DNA of 64,000 nucleotides from contig OZ024742.1 of NCBI GenBank assembly GCA_964016885.1, positions 81,654,001-81,718,000 of the forward strand, written 5' to 3'. The notes beneath the pieces were generated by a model. It had not been told where the DNA came from. It did not search any database and saw only the letters and a program-made list of their open reading frames with translations. This stretch comes from Eledone cirrhosa. Lineage: Eukaryota. Shown here one piece after another: positions 13,640-28,361 of the stretch; position 1 is the stretch's first letter, and the number at the start of each line of letters is the position of its first letter. The translations under genes were made by a program, and so were the position numbers.

Positions 13640-14528
13640 GATATATAGATATTTTGTATGTATGTTTATGTGTGTGTGTGTGTGTGCGTGTACGTGTGTG
13701 TATGTATGTGTGTGTGGGGGGGGGGTGATAGATTATTGTGTTTTATGGACATTAATTGACATCTTGACTGAAAAAATTGTACTTGATCGTAAATTGAAAT
13801 CATGATGTAAAAGGAATTTACGTCTGATACAGCATATAATGTTAATATATAAAGTGGTTAGAATAAAGCATTGGGCAAACTGCTTCCATTTAATTCCCAC
13901 AAATCATATAAGAAATAAAATAGCTTTCTTCTTGATATTAAATAAGATATCGTTCTTGAAACTTCTACATTTGATTTACAGTTTGATAAATGACACGAAA
14001 TGCATTTTTGCAGTTGTCACTTATAAGATAACGTAACATTCTGAATGTTAAAAATCAATGAAACAAATATATATCAATGGCAAGTTAATTCTTCATTCAC
14101 AAATATATTTCTTTTAAGAAGCAACAAGTAGAAGACAAATTAACAGTGCATACAAACGAATAACAACAAAATATAGACACACGAACAACAAAACCTACTC
14201 ACACGGACAACTTGACATACCCACTCAAACAACAACATACCCACACACACGCAAATAAAACAAATATATACTATTCATAAAACAACCAAACAATGCAGAG
14301 GAAGAAGCAAGTTTCTCAAAATCATATAATTGATAGCATCAAGTGATTTAAGGAATAACAGGTATAATGGCCCCATACATTCTTAACTTAGAAGTTAATG
14401 ATTCAAGTTGAGCTAACATATTATTGAAAATATACTAATCACTCCACACTCTGCGCATATACATTGCTTAGAAACATAGATATGAGCGGAAGATATATAT
14501 ATATATATATATATTGAACCCGGAATAA

Positions 14529-14562
<34 letters not shown>

Positions 14563-14565
<3 letters not shown>

Positions 14566-14805
14566 CGTTTCTGAATTTGTTTAGCAAGATTCTTTATCTG
14601 AAATCGTGTGTTGAAACCGATATTGTTATACTTTGGGAGGGTCATGTTGCTAATAAGAAACACACGCACCAGTTGCTTTCACTTCAATTTATTATAATCA
14701 ATTTATAATAAATTTATAAATTTATTATAAATTTATTATAATAAATTGAAGTGAAAGCAACTGGTGCGTGTGTTTCTTATTGGCAACATGACCCTCCCAA
14801 AGTAT

Positions 14806-14811
<6 letters not shown>
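14563..14811. mobile_element. Asymmetric fold-back mini-element, PLE family A
   Basis: Left arm ends at the long terminus (rc GAAACGAAAT), right arm at the short terminus (AAGTATAACAAT); same two termini as 52157-60696; (TA)n on both sides. Confidence 0.9.
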
Positions 14812-14861
<50 letters not shown>

Positions 14862-14868
<7 letters not shown>

Positions 14869-14964
14869 TAACAAATTAAAGTTTAAGCCAAGAATCGCTG
14901 TTTCACCCTTAACGGGATCTTCTGATACTTTGGATTTTTAGTCTTCAAATATATTATTATTACT
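14862..14964. mobile_element. Family I mini-element: HHR-containing short arm (minus) fused to tail end (plus)
   Basis: 14862-14927 matches 60965-61027; 14929-14964 is the reverse complement of about 63817-63853. Confidence 0.75.
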
Positions 14965-14974
14965 ATATATATAT

Positions 14975-15275
<301 letters not shown>

Positions 15276-16809
15276 TATTATTGAACGCTAAATCATTAAT
15301 AACATTTTAACGTATTTACCTGAATGCCGGACGCCCCTTCACATACGACGCACCCTAATTCATAATTATATTTTAAGTTATATGTTGTCGTTGATAGGCA
15401 TTTTTACCGACACCGTCCAATATTTGCGGTTTCTCACACTACCCCGGTGTTCTATGAACGTAACCGCCACAAACTCCGGGGCACAATCCCGTCTATCTCT
15501 ATATATATAACACTGTTAATGAAAACTGTATTTATTTGCTGCCCAAAAACGTTTCAGTCCATTAATTTGCTACGCTGGTAATCTAGCACTGCCATCTTAT
15601 TTACTGAACAAGTATTTTGGGTCCTTTGATAATCAGTTTGTATCATCTCACTTGCAAGATTATGAGCTCTGTGACTGATTACTGGCCGGAGCTCACTTAA
15701 ATAATTTCGCTTTTATTTTATCCTAGTTCTGTTGACTTGATCCTGTGTAAGGTGTATATATGTTGTTTTTTTTTATATTGGTTGTTCGATTTTATATTTT
15801 GGCTCGGTGCATGTGTATACAGATTTGAAGCTGATCAAGAGATTTTTTTTCATTTTTTGTGGGAATTCAATTTTTTTTTTATTCCATCCACAGTAACGTA
15901 TTATCCCAATAGCAGCCTACCTCTATTTTAGGGGTCATATATCATGACACTACTGAAATCTAATAATGTGCGATGGCAGAATGTGTGAGAATGTGTTCAC
16001 TTTGAAGACCACTAATCCGATCTCTTGATTCTGTGTTTGATATTAGTGTTAAGAGAGAGGTTTTAGAGAAAGTAAAGGCGACCAGATTTAAGACATTGGA
16101 TCGCATTTTGCTTAAGCGGGAATCTGATGTCAGGTTATCAAATCAAATGTGGCAAACCATCCTCCTACTTCGTAATCAGAAGTCCTTCTCGAGACCTGAT
16201 AGAAGAAACACATCTGTGGTTTTCCTAATTTTACACATGTGCATCCACGTGAAGTGGGGAGAATACTTTGCTCACCTCCTGAACCTGACCACAGCAGTAT
16301 ATTCTGATGTAAAGGAGGGGCATTTGGAAGTGGTGACTAATCTTTCGTAGGCTATTATCACAAGCAGTTAAAGAGCTGAAACGTAGCAAACCTTTGTGGA
16401 AGATGAAGTTCGATCCGAGATATAAAAAGAAACCTTCAATAGAGAAGGTATTCTCTGGTGGATTCGTGTGATCTGGGTGGCCTGGATCCCTAGAAAGGCA
16501 CTTAAGAAATGGCACTCGGGAATGATAATCCTAATTTTGAAAAGGGTAATAGGAAATATTGTTCCAATTAAAATCCCCGGTAAAATATTTGTTGAGTGAC
16601 TGGCAAAGTGAAGAAGGAGGATAGTCGAGCATGAGCTAACTGATACAGTATGGTCTTTGCTGGTGCTGGTTGGGGATCCAGCCGGATAAGTTGGAGACAG
16701 TTGTTTCTGACATGCCCCGCTGGAGGAAATGTTCTAGGACTTCTCCAGACTTCCCCACACCACCATCTCAGGATTAAGTAGCCGAAGAAGAAAAGACACA
16801 GACGCACAC

Positions 16810-16880
<71 letters not shown>

Positions 16881-17326
16881 TCACTCTCTCTCTCATTATC
16901 TCTCTCTCTATTTATATATATATATATATAACCGCTACTTACTACTGTTTTCGTTATATCAAGCCTATTAATACATGCAGTAAATGTAAATAATACAACT
17001 TTAGAATCGTTGAGCGATTGAAAGTGAATTTGAAATACCCATTTTTTGCCTGTAATATACGGCTTAATATAACGGAAACATTAGGCATAGCACTTTAGTG
17101 TAAATTGTAAGCACCACGAATCGGTATATTCTAGCAATCTGTCTCACGGTCCGTGGAGTACTATATTTTTCCGTTTCAGCGTTTGTATGCCCAACGTAGT
17201 CTATGTTTCATTGATGCGAGTAACCACGTGCACATAGAGAGCGCTACACACAAACTTATATTTTGTGAATGAACATTCATGTCAATTAAAATCTGGTGTT
17301 TTTACTGATCCAAGATCATTGGAGAG

Positions 17327-17328
<2 letters not shown>

Positions 17329-17357
<29 letters not shown>

Positions 17358-17427
17358 CTTCTTCTTCTTCTTCTTCTTCTTCTTCTTCTTCTTCTTCTTC
17401 TTCTTCTTCTTCTTCTTCTTCTTCTTC
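17329..17427. repeat. (CTT)n microsatellite
   Basis: Direct reading; explains the poly-E ORF. Confidence 0.95.
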
Positions 17428-17945
17428 TCCTCTAACCCGGGTCACTTGCATGTTGTTTTCCCCCGTAAAATCTGACCACCCATCTATTCTAAACACATGC
17501 CAACGTTACCGGAGCTCAGGTCAGTCGACACCCTGATGTCCAAGTTACGTACTCTATCGAATAGAAACACTATTTTATACGTATTCTTTCAGATATTACC
17601 TAAGATATAATGAGTTTGACTTTTATATCTAACTCTTTCGTTTGATGACCGAGTTTTTCAGCTATCTAATTAATGCACCAGCCCCAACAAACCGTGCATT
17701 TGATTCAACATCCTGCGAGTTTGTCCTATTAAATATTTGTATAGATTTATTCTGCAATATATATTCTACATTGTTTGATTGAATATTTGCACAAGCACCT
17801 ATATAAATATATACATACAAACAACTTGAACTGCTAAATATTTCGAAAATACATTTACTTGTAGATATAAATGTATGACCAAATTGAATATGCAGATGTT
17901 TATGCGTTCAAACTATTATTATTATATATATATATATATATATAT

Positions 17946-18025
17946 AGTAATAATAATAAATTTGAAGACTAATATCCAAAGAGGGCTCGATAAGGATAAA
18001 TATATATCAAATATATAAGAACCGT
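17946..18025 (-). mobile_element. Tail-only remnant of PLE family I
   Basis: Matches 63818-63898; between (TA)n tracts. Confidence 0.8.
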
Positions 18026-19098
18026 ATATATATATATATATACATGCATACACACACACACACATACACACACACACACACACACTGACACAATACACAC
18101 ACACACCCACACATATATATATATATATATATGTGTATAAGTATGTGTGTGTGTGTGTGTGTATAAGTCTTTATGTCTTTATGCATATGATTTAAACAAA
18201 AGTGAGGTAACCAAATTAGAGTGAAATAAAATTCAATATTTATTTATGAATAATGCAAAACATATCCGTTACATGATTAAAATTGTTACGTGTATAGTTT
18301 GACTGGAATATTTATTTTCAATCAGTAAGTACTTATTTATTAATCTACAAGAACATAACAGCAGATGTTCTCTAAATTCCAATTTCCTATCTCATAATCT
18401 ATTCTAGAACTTCAGAAATGTCGAAACGATTCTTGCCTGCATAGGTATATGATTTATCACGATGACTACATGTCCTAATACACCTACATTTACAGGTATT
18501 GGCGTATGGGGCATATTGGTGCACGCACACATACACATTCGCTCATTCACACATATAACCCCTATATATATGTGTGTGTGTTTGTGTGTGTGCACGCGCG
18601 TGTGTCTGTGTGCAATGTTATTCCTATAGCAGTTTAAATTTATTTCCATTAATTTGGAATCTTTTCAGCATATCCATACTTTGAAATTATTTTCACTTCC
18701 TGCAACTCTAGTACGCCGAATGTAATATGTGAATATCGCACATATATATATATATATACATATATATAATTTCAGTTCAGGTTGTCTTAATAAAACGGGT
18801 GCTAGCTCAAAGTTAACGTTACATTTATGCAGATACTTTCACTTCTTTCTCTCGGTTATCATTGTTTATCATATGTTCCTCTTTAGTGCTCATTATTTTC
18901 TTCCATTAAGAACTAGCACCCGAAATGTCAAGATTATTTTGCCTGGTATATGGAGCGTCAAACTAGCATGCCACATTTCTATCATACACTACTTCCTTGT
19001 TATGTTTTTTAAGCCATTCAAAGACGCACACTTACATACTCAAGCACTTCTCACAAAACCCACCCACATGTATACATATATATATATATATATATATA

Positions 19099-19546
19099 CG
19101 ATATTAAACAAATGGAAACTATATTTATAAAACCATATTTATTTCATTATACATATTTCAGGGATACCATATTAAAAATATGGCATGCCTTCTTCAGATA
19201 AAATACAATATTAGCAGTTTTATAAATAAATTTGACATACCATAAAATATTGATCAACTTCCATTTAAAAAAGTTGGTACTATAAAACTTTTTTAAATGG
19301 AAGTTGATCGATATTTTATGGTACGTCAAATTTATTTATAAAACTGCTAATATTGTATTTTATCTGAAGAAGGCATGCCATATTTTTAATATGGTATCCC
19401 TGAAATATGTATAATGAAATAAATATGGTTTTATAAATATAGTTTCCATTTGTTTAATATCGTATATCTACTCCAAAACTTGTCGAGTGCTTTATATCAG
19501 TTATAAAATATTTACTCGTTGTAACCCAACAATTTTAAATAAAACT

Positions 19547-19552
<6 letters not shown>
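19099..19552. mobile_element. Near-perfect asymmetric fold-back mini-element, family B
   Basis: 177-bp arms 19099-19275 / 19286-19462, 10-nt spacer, about 90-nt tail; (TA)n on both sides. Confidence 0.9.
19356..19421 (+). ncRNA. Type-I hammerhead motif, family B (mirror copy 19140-19205 minus)
   Basis: TATTTTAT-CTGAAGA-AGGCATGCCATATT..AATATGGTATCCCT-GAAA-TATGTA-TA-ATGAAATA. Confidence 0.8.
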
Positions 19553-19577
<25 letters not shown>

Positions 19578-19611
19578 TGTTACACTTGGGGAGGCTGATA
19601 TTGTTGTAATA

Positions 19612-19795
19612 ATTGTTTCTACTTTAGGCACAAGGCCAGCAATTAACCAGTGCATTACTGGTTCTTTATTTTATCGACCATATAAGGGTCAAAGGCAAAG
19701 TCAACCTCGTCGGGATTTGAACTCAGATCGTAAAGGGACGTAACTATGCTGGAAAGCATGGCGTCCGACCCTCTACCGATACTGCCAATCCACGT
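19612..19795 (-). mobile_element. tRNA-derived SINE (family 1)
   Basis: Reverse complement of the family at 28192 and 41593. Confidence 0.8.
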
Positions 19796-19964
19796 AATAA
19801 TATTGCCAGAAATAGTAACAGAACCTCTGTTTTGTTGGTTTTCGCTTCTGTATCTGTTGTAAGTCTCCGGGTAACTGAATCAGATGGTAAAGTGGTAGAG
19901 ATGTAATAGGAAAAGCAAGAACAGACGTAGAGAGCGTACAGGAACGTAGAAAAAGTGTAAAAAT

Positions 19965-20155
19965 AATTGTTTCTACTTTTAGAACAAGGCCAGCAATTAC
20001 TCAGCACATTACTGGTACTTTATTTTATCGACTCTGTAAGAATGACAGGCAAAGTTAACCTCGGCGCGATTTGAACTCAGAATGGGAAGAGCCGTAACTC
20101 CATGCCTCAAAGCATGGTGTCCGACCCTCTACCGATACTGCCAATCCACCGCCCA
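19965..20155 (-). mobile_element. tRNA-derived SINE (family 1)
   Basis: Reverse complement of the family at 28192 and 41593. Confidence 0.8.
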
Positions 20156-20995
20156 AAGTGTACAAATAATAAGAAGAGATAGAGTTACGTTGGAAGTGAT
20201 TTAATAGTCCCTAAATTTCTGATTTCGCATCCATCAACTAGGGGCTTTCCGAGGGGAAACAGTTTTTTTCGGAGAGGGACAACACCTAGCCTCCGCTGTT
20301 TTCTGTGTGCGTACATTTGAACTACTCTATCGGGCGCATGTGCACAAGGAATAGCTGCGGTCTGACAAAATTCGATGCAGTTCTATTATACTAGAGTATT
20401 TGGCTGGTGCTGTGTCAATGTGTACGCTTCTTCGCTGTCAATTCCTTACGTTATGTCTGTGATAGTGGGGGTCACAGGTAGGCAAGGTGAGTGTAGTCTG
20501 CCTGCCTTATGTCTGTCAGTCGGTGGGTGGTGGGCTCGATATACACACAATAACAATCGCTCGATTGTCTATGTATGTTTGTGTGTTGTTGTTGTTCCAT
20601 TCGTTTACACAGGCCATCTCGTCTCACTTCCCTCGGATCGATTATTGATGTATGGTCCGAGGCGTTTGATCCAGAGTACCGCCTTGATCCTTAAAGAGCC
20701 CACGTTACGTTCCGTCGCTAACACTGTGACAAGGGGCCTTCCGTCTTTGTTTCAGCATTTGATTATGTGTTCCGGAAAGACGAGGCCCTAGTGTTGATGT
20801 ATTCGTTGATCCGGACATGTATTTGCCGGATGGTACTACCGATGTAGAAGTCATTAGACTTGCCACATTCATTCTATCATGTACGTAAGCAACAGTTCGT
20901 GTGGCTCACCATACAGTTGCTGAGGGAACACACGTCAACCAATTTGTCGGGTTTCCTGGAGAGAGGCATCTGCATATGGATGGTCCTGAGTGGGC

Positions 20996-21054
<59 letters not shown>

Positions 21055-21519
21055 GTAAAGGCGTATTGCATTGCGGTTATGGTATTCGCAGATATTTAGT
21101 TTGATCTCCCGTAGTATGTGTGTCCTTGAACAATACATTTTATTTTGTATTGCTCCATTCTTCTCTGCTGGCAAAAATAATTTGTGCCTGTATTTCGAAG
21201 GTCCACTGGACGCACACCTGTACTTAACTGTACTTAAGAGAACAGTAGACATGGACCCATAAATGTAAATTTACTTGACGTCAACGTAAGCCTAACCTCA
21301 TATGCCGCAGCCACAGTTCTTTTCAAATACCTTGGCTCACCCTTTAAATCTGCATAAACCAGATTTCGAAAACCCAAACAAACATGAAAATCAAAGATAC
21401 AGTCTAGATGGAAATTCAAATACAAGACATTCCAATATTAAATTAAATAGCAACAGTACATCAAAACTAGTCTTAGGACAGTAAATAAAAATATTAAAGC
21501 AATATAGTATATACAGACA

Positions 21520-22110
21520 ATGAAATCCTGGAGACTAAAGATTGTCTAAATCAACAATTACTTACAATGGCACAGCGAATCCGAAGATAAGAAATGCTCC
21601 GAAAATATTTAAAGAAAAAACAATATTTTTACCAACCCCAAACGTTTCTACTAGGAAATTGTTAGGACCAAAATAAAACGAATTATATATTAAAAAGTAA
21701 ATGAGGTGGAAGAATTCTGAAGAAGATTTTATTTGGGATATGTGAAGTAACCACAAGGGAATCTAGCAAGAACAGCTAACACAACAGCCCCACCTGAAAA
21801 ATGGTAGGAAAATATCACAATAGATGGATTGTGTAGCCCAATGAAACAGCGCTGGAATTGACGGGATATACCAGATGATTGGATGAAATATTTAACAGGG
21901 AGACATAGATTAATGTGATGCTAACAGACCCGGAACAGACACCTGACTGGCTTTCCACATTAATCCTCTCGAATAATGACACAGCAAACATCAAAATCTA
22001 GAGATCCTTAACCTACCTTCCTGTTACCTACAAAGCTGCAAAAATATTCACGAAATGGACCAAGCAGCTGGAAAACAAACAATCTTCTTCCAGAAGAACA
22101 GAAATCATGT
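21520..22110 (+). mobile_element. Highly decayed non-LTR RT fragment, probably R4/Dong-like
   Basis: Broken translations such as MLTDPEQTPDWL and NNLLPEEQKSC resemble RT domains 0-2 of REL LINEs. Confidence 0.45.
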
Positions 22111-22854
22111 CATGTGATGGCAAAGAACGGTTGTTAATGTTGGCTCAGGTTTGCTCTTGTTTATTGAGTTCCCATGACTTTGTTAAGGCTCTTCTCAAAC
22201 ATTACATTGATTTGGTTGCTGCAGCAGGGAATAAGTGTTGTTTTTGTCCGGGTAGCTGTTGCCGTTGCTGTTGCCGGTAGCTGTTGCCAGTGCTGTTACT
22301 GGTCAAATAGCTGCTGGTGATGTTGTTGTAGTTGGGGATGTTGCTATAGTTGTTGCCGGTGTTCTTTTCGTTGCTGCTCTTGCCCTCATTACAACTGATG
22401 TTATTGTTAGTGTTGTTGTTGTTGTTGTTCAAGTTGTTGGTAGGGTTGTCATTGTTGCCGTTGTTGTTGGAGTTGTTGTTGCTGTTCCTGTCGTTGTTAT
22501 TCTCGTTTTCTCGCCGTTCTTGTTGCATTTGTTGCACTTGTTGGTGTTATTAATGGTTTTGCGAGTGTAGGTGTTACTCTGATCGACGTTTAAGTCGCTG
22601 TCACATAACAGCTGACGTAACAGGAGGGGACGTATTCCGTCCATGTATGAACAGACATAATATTCAAAATACAATATATAGCGCCGATATTTGAGTCGAA
22701 GAACCAAATAATATGGGGTGTCCCTTCTTGAAGGCAAACACTAAGGTCTTATGCCGGTTTTGAAACCAAAATTATTCACAACAAAAGGAATTAGGCACGT
22801 TGATGTAGTAAACTTACACGAGCTCACATGTATACGTGTTTTCCCTTCAAACAT

Positions 22855-25690
22855 AAATAATAATAATAATGATGGTTTCATTTATTGGCCCCAAGTTCCG
22901 ATACATAACATACAATACAAAGATAGGGAGAGGGGGTTTACAATGGAATTGAGTAAAAGTATACTACAACAAACACGACAATTAAAATATAAAAAATATA
23001 TAAAATATACAAATATAAAAAATATAACAAAGTAGATTCCCCAATAGAGAGCGAACCACACAACGGCAATTCAGATGCACCACCAATCTTGAACAACACA
23101 AGGTTTCGTGGGCTTTCGGAAAGGGTATCTCTCGCTCCATTATATTAACCAGCCGACAGGTGCATGCAAGGGGTAGGCCCATTCACAAGGGTGATGCTCG
23201 CCTCATAAATCAGTTTTTGGCCAATATACAGTGGGGCTGCAACTCTCTCTGAACGCACACTTTCCTTTTCAAGTGAAAATTGAAACATTTGATGAGTAAT
23301 TGGCCGAAGAAAAGAATGCCTGTCGTTAGACATTTAGACCTTGTCCACAACAAAATCCCTTTCGCAACCGCCAGCTGACAGAGGGAAGCTGCCTGTTCTT
23401 TCCCACAAAAAGAAGGCGGTGGGTGGATTGTCCCTATGTTGTCAGTCGATAGATGGATCCGTCCTACACGCGACAACAGGTGATCGACATAACTACATTA
23501 GTCAGTAATGTAGTGGCACTGGTCGAGAGCGTTCAGAAATATTTCGTCGGTTTTCCCGCGTATCTCGCAGGTCTGTCTCACAGCACTTCCGCGACTGTAG
23601 ATATTATCTCCATCTGGAAGTCCCAGGCGAATGATTTCTGGAAGGTATCCACAGTCTCCGTCTCTAATGTCCTCTGCAACAGACGCGTCAGTTCGAATCC
23701 GTTGACCCCCAGAAATTCCACTAACGACATCAGTTGCCTGGTAGACAGCAGTAAGTGACTGGTAATATTCCAGATGCCACAAAGGAACAAGCTAGGAATG
23801 GGTACTCTCACAAATGGCGACCACATATATTCACCGTGTCGGCAGGATACCGAGAGTTGCAGCAGCTTGAATGCATTTTTGTTGATAGACTGCCTCACCA
23901 TCGGACCCCGTCCCCTCAACAAAAAGTTGAACAGGAGCCTTTGCAATTTGGTGAAATGTGAACGGAATCAAGGCAGGGTGGTCAGACGGTAATAGATGAT
24001 TGACACGATGTAAGTGTGCACCACCTTGCCAGAGCATTCATGGTCAGCTTCATCTAGGCCTATTTCTGGGTGAGAGTTGCTACCCTGATCATAACCCCGT
24101 TGCATTTATTATTCACCCGATAAACTTGTCTGAACGAGAGCCCGAGCAACTTTAACGGTCTGTCCGTCCAGTCCCCGACGACATGTTGAACTACATGAAC
24201 TAGCCACTCAATGTGCCGTGCTGCAAACCCGCCGACTATTCTGAACTTCGTTTAGCTCTTATCAAACTTTCAGATTCCTCCAAAACGCTGCCGACTACCT
24301 CAATTTCCGAGGTGCTCGAGACCATCACGGTGATGTCGTCCGCATAACTCGACACAGCCTTTCTACGTTCCGGTTCGAGGGGGATCCTTTGCAAGAGCTC
24401 CGAGCTTCCTCAGTAAAGGCTCCAGAGTCAATACGTACAGAAAGTAAAGCGGACCGCAGAGGAATATGAAATGGTTCCGAAAGAGGAGCATTTACTTTGA
24501 CCACCGATCAAATGCCGCTATTCATTGCATCGATCCAGCCTCTTAAGACGGGATCGAGGTTAGCTGTTTGAAAACAGCCTACCGCTGTCGAGGGTCGACC
24601 GTATCAAGAGCTTTCGATTAATCTAAATTGATCAGAGCACCGCTGGAGCTTGGATTACACTCGGGGCTACGAGCATACCATACCCTCTCTAAAATGTCTC
24701 GCATAATGTGGAGGTTGTCGTGTATAGACCTGGTCGAGTTTGCGCAAGTTTCTGCCGCACCTACCAAACCCTCGACGACAAGCACCAACATCTTTGCTAG
24801 CACCTTTGCCAAAATCTTAAACTCTGTGATGAGCAGAGTTATGGGTCTGAAATTGTCTAATGTTTCCCTTTTCTTCTCGTCTTCCATGCAGAAGACTCAT
24901 TCACGGCTGCTCCATAACAGCCGAGAAAAATGCTGGCAAAACGCCTCACACATCTGCCTGGAATCGTTCATCTCCTGGTCATTTCGGTTTGCCAAGGACG
25001 GAATTGTGGTTTTGTTACCATTTTGCGCATTTGCTATGCAGTTCCATCGAACAGCTTTGGTTCTCTCGTTTCTAAGGGCCCACGCCTTAGCTCTGACAAT
25101 GGTTATAATCACAGTAGCAATACAACCTTCGCGTTTCGCATTGACAAAATGGTCTAATGCCGTTCTCGCCGATAGCAGGTCGGTTGCGATGTCACTATAA
25201 CTTGCCTCGTCTAATTTATCTACCAACTCCCACTCGTTTCTCTTTTTTGCTAACGCTACTTCATTGCTAAAACTTATCGAAATTACTCTAATCTCTCTTC
25301 TGAGAGCCTCCCACCACCTGTTATTTACAACCACCATTGTCAACTTTTTCTTAATTAAATTGTTCACCAAATCCCTGTAAGCCATCCGTGCCGGGACCGA
25401 CATTCTCAGCTTCCCGTAAACAGGTCCTAACCTGCGTGTCTTCTGTACGTCAACCATGCAGATCTCAAACATATGATCTGATAAGGGACCGTTTAAAAAT
25501 GTGGAGAACTTAAACTATTCTTATCTGATGACGTAATAAAAAACATATCTATGTACGATCTAGAAGTCCCTCCGCGGTTTCTCCATGTTCACTCTGATAC
25601 ATTAAGATATACATAATCCCAGTTATACAAATGGGTGATGGTGCTTATCCGCAATCAAATCAATTGTTAGTCTCTTCTAAGCATCTCGAG
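22855..25690 (-). mobile_element. Decayed L1/Tx1-like LINE ORF2 and 3' end
   Basis: NFRPITLLITEFKILAKVLA, SIHDNLHIMRD, ALINLD, YADDITV (about 24330), FHLKRKV; AATAAA and (ATT)n tail near 22855-22885. Confidence 0.8.
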
Positions 25691-25832
25691 TGAAGATATT
25701 TCAAAGGACTATTGTTTAGTTTTGATATCGAAATTCTCTTTTGTGTGTTGCTACATAAGTCAATACACAACACATACACACAATTATATGTATGTATATA
25801 TAAATGTATATGTATCTATGTATATATGTATG

Positions 25833-26200
<368 letters not shown>

Positions 26201-28191
26201 ATATATATATATATATATATGTGTGTATATATACATGAGTGTGTGTGTGTGTGTGTGTGTATGTAGTTTTCTAGGGATGTTTTAGACACGTTCTTGTGTA
26301 TACTCTACACTATATTTTGAATAATATCTATAGTGAAAGAAATGGAATATGAAGCATATAATACTATCTAGAATCCTCTCAAGGAAACATGATACGAATA
26401 TTTAAAATGCTACAGAAATTATGATTGCGATAAAACAAAACTGAATCTCCAGGAAATGGAGCATGATGTTTCTATAGATGTATAACATGATAAAATAAAA
26501 CAACAATATAAAGTGGAACGAAATTAGAAAGGAATGGATGTATATATGAATGTATACATGAAAAGATGTATGTCACATATTCATCTTTTAAAAATTGTAT
26601 CGAGAAGAAGAGAGATTTACGCACCAGTAAGCAGATATGTTTATGAAATTATTTCTATTTCTGAGGAATCAGAAGAAGACTGCAAATCTAAAAGAATACA
26701 GAAACGTTTTGAAAGGAAAGGATTTTGAAGGCTATGATGAAAGAAGCAGATAAAATATGTATTGAATATTGTATATGGTGTTTGAGAATATATTGATAGT
26801 ATATATATTTTATTTTCTATTCTCTTTTAAATCCGTAAAAGATTATTAAAAAAAATATCAATGTTCAAAGCCACTTCATATTTTCTATTTCTTCTTCCAA
26901 ATAATAAACAATTTCATACAATCTGACAAAGCCATAAAGTTACATGTGCGTTGTATTGCAGAATTAGGTAAGCGTTATGTATGCCTAATAATACTTTGTT
27001 TTCCCTGGCTTGTTGCTGCTGTTTATCCCACTCTTGCTGTATATATTATGGAAGTGTCTGTAATAAAATTTCTAACGGGTCTTCAATTCTAATAGAGAAA
27101 AACGGAACTAAATCATCTATTTTTCATTTCGTTCAAATCTCATGTCTTGCCTTATTTTTTAAATTCTAAATTATAATGTTTTCGAGGATCGTCACAATAT
27201 TACCCGTTTGAGAAAGTGGATTGTCAATATGATGCACCTCATAGTCAATGTTCGGAAAAATGAAATGCTTACCAATAGAATAATACTTTCAAGAAAGTAA
27301 ACATACACAGTGAAATGTATTTACCTGGTGTTTTAATAAAACATCAAACAACCTCCCAAACATATATATTTTGTTTTATTCTTTTACTGATTTCAGTCAC
27401 TATACCGGAAAGAAGTTTTCATGACAGCTGATGTCGTACACCAGGGCCAATGTAAGCACCTATAGCGTCCTGATGTTCCATCCTGATGAATCAAGTAGCT
27501 CATGCCGATGAGATATTGAAGTCAGCATAGTGGTAAACGAATGTAATGTGGGATTTTAAAAGATCAAACAAGCCATCATCAGCGATAAGGAAAAACCGTG
27601 CAGCTACATAATCGAAGCACTTTGGATGCAGAATGGACTACACACATGCGTATTTCAGATATCAAGACCAGTTAGGGAAAAACACTTTAATCGTTTTTTT
27701 TTATTTACATATTTATTTATATATACTTACAGAAAAGCCACCCTCGGGTGATTTTCTGCAAGCATGTGTAGTGTGTATATTGATATTGTACGCAAATATA
27801 TATACATGTAGATATGATACATCAAATAAAATCGTAATTGACAATATAAACAGAAATTGAACGAAGACGTTGTTACACTGTCTGATGTAATCAGTAACGT
27901 AATCCATGACGCATTAAAAAAAGACGATATTATATATAAACTGCATTAGGAGAAAATTAGTGACAGAAAATTCGTGGGTTTATTTAAGTGATCGCCACCG
28001 GAAGTGTTGACATCACACACTTTCTCTTTCTATATATATGGTAGTTGAAGTGGTGGTGGTTGCAACGATATACCGGAAGTGCACTTTGAAAATAAGTCAA
28101 TTTTAAATTATTTATTTTTACGAAATTATTTTTGTTTACAAAATTTAGTAGATAAATTATGTAATATTCATTCATTATTGATTCAAAGTAA

Positions 28192-28360
28192 GGGCGGTGG
28201 ATTGGCAGTATCGGTAAAGGGTTGGACGCCATGCTTTTTGCAACAAAGAGTTACGGCCCTTTATGGTCTGAGTTCAAATCCCGCCGAGGTTAACTTTCAT
28301 GCTTACGGGGTCGATAAAATAAAGTACCAGTAATACACTGGATTAATTGCTGGCCTTGTG
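28192..28360 (+). mobile_element. tRNA-derived SINE (family 1), interrupted at its 3' end by a PLE
   Basis: A/B boxes and GGGGTCGATAAAATAAAGTACCAGT core. Confidence 0.85.
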
Positions 28361-28361
28361 T

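Noticed and set aside
15950-16812. GC-richer segment with short ORFs (GHVRNNC)
   Set aside because: Probably a decayed element, but no motif strong enough to classify
17302-17496. Poly-Glu ORF; also the poly-Asp ORF at 30280-30546
   Set aside because: (CTT)n and (ATC)n microsatellites
19099-19552. MITE/DNA transposon or miRNA interpretation of the hairpins
   Set aside because: Arms are asymmetric, contain HHR motifs, and in families A, C and I match PLE pLTRs present in the window
20160-21480. Several 60-138 aa ORFs in moderately GC-rich DNA
   Set aside because: No recognisable domain or splice structure; likely unclassified repeat
28192-28300. tRNA gene
   Set aside because: tRNA-like SINE head: dispersed diverged copies with SINE body and no complete cloverleaf
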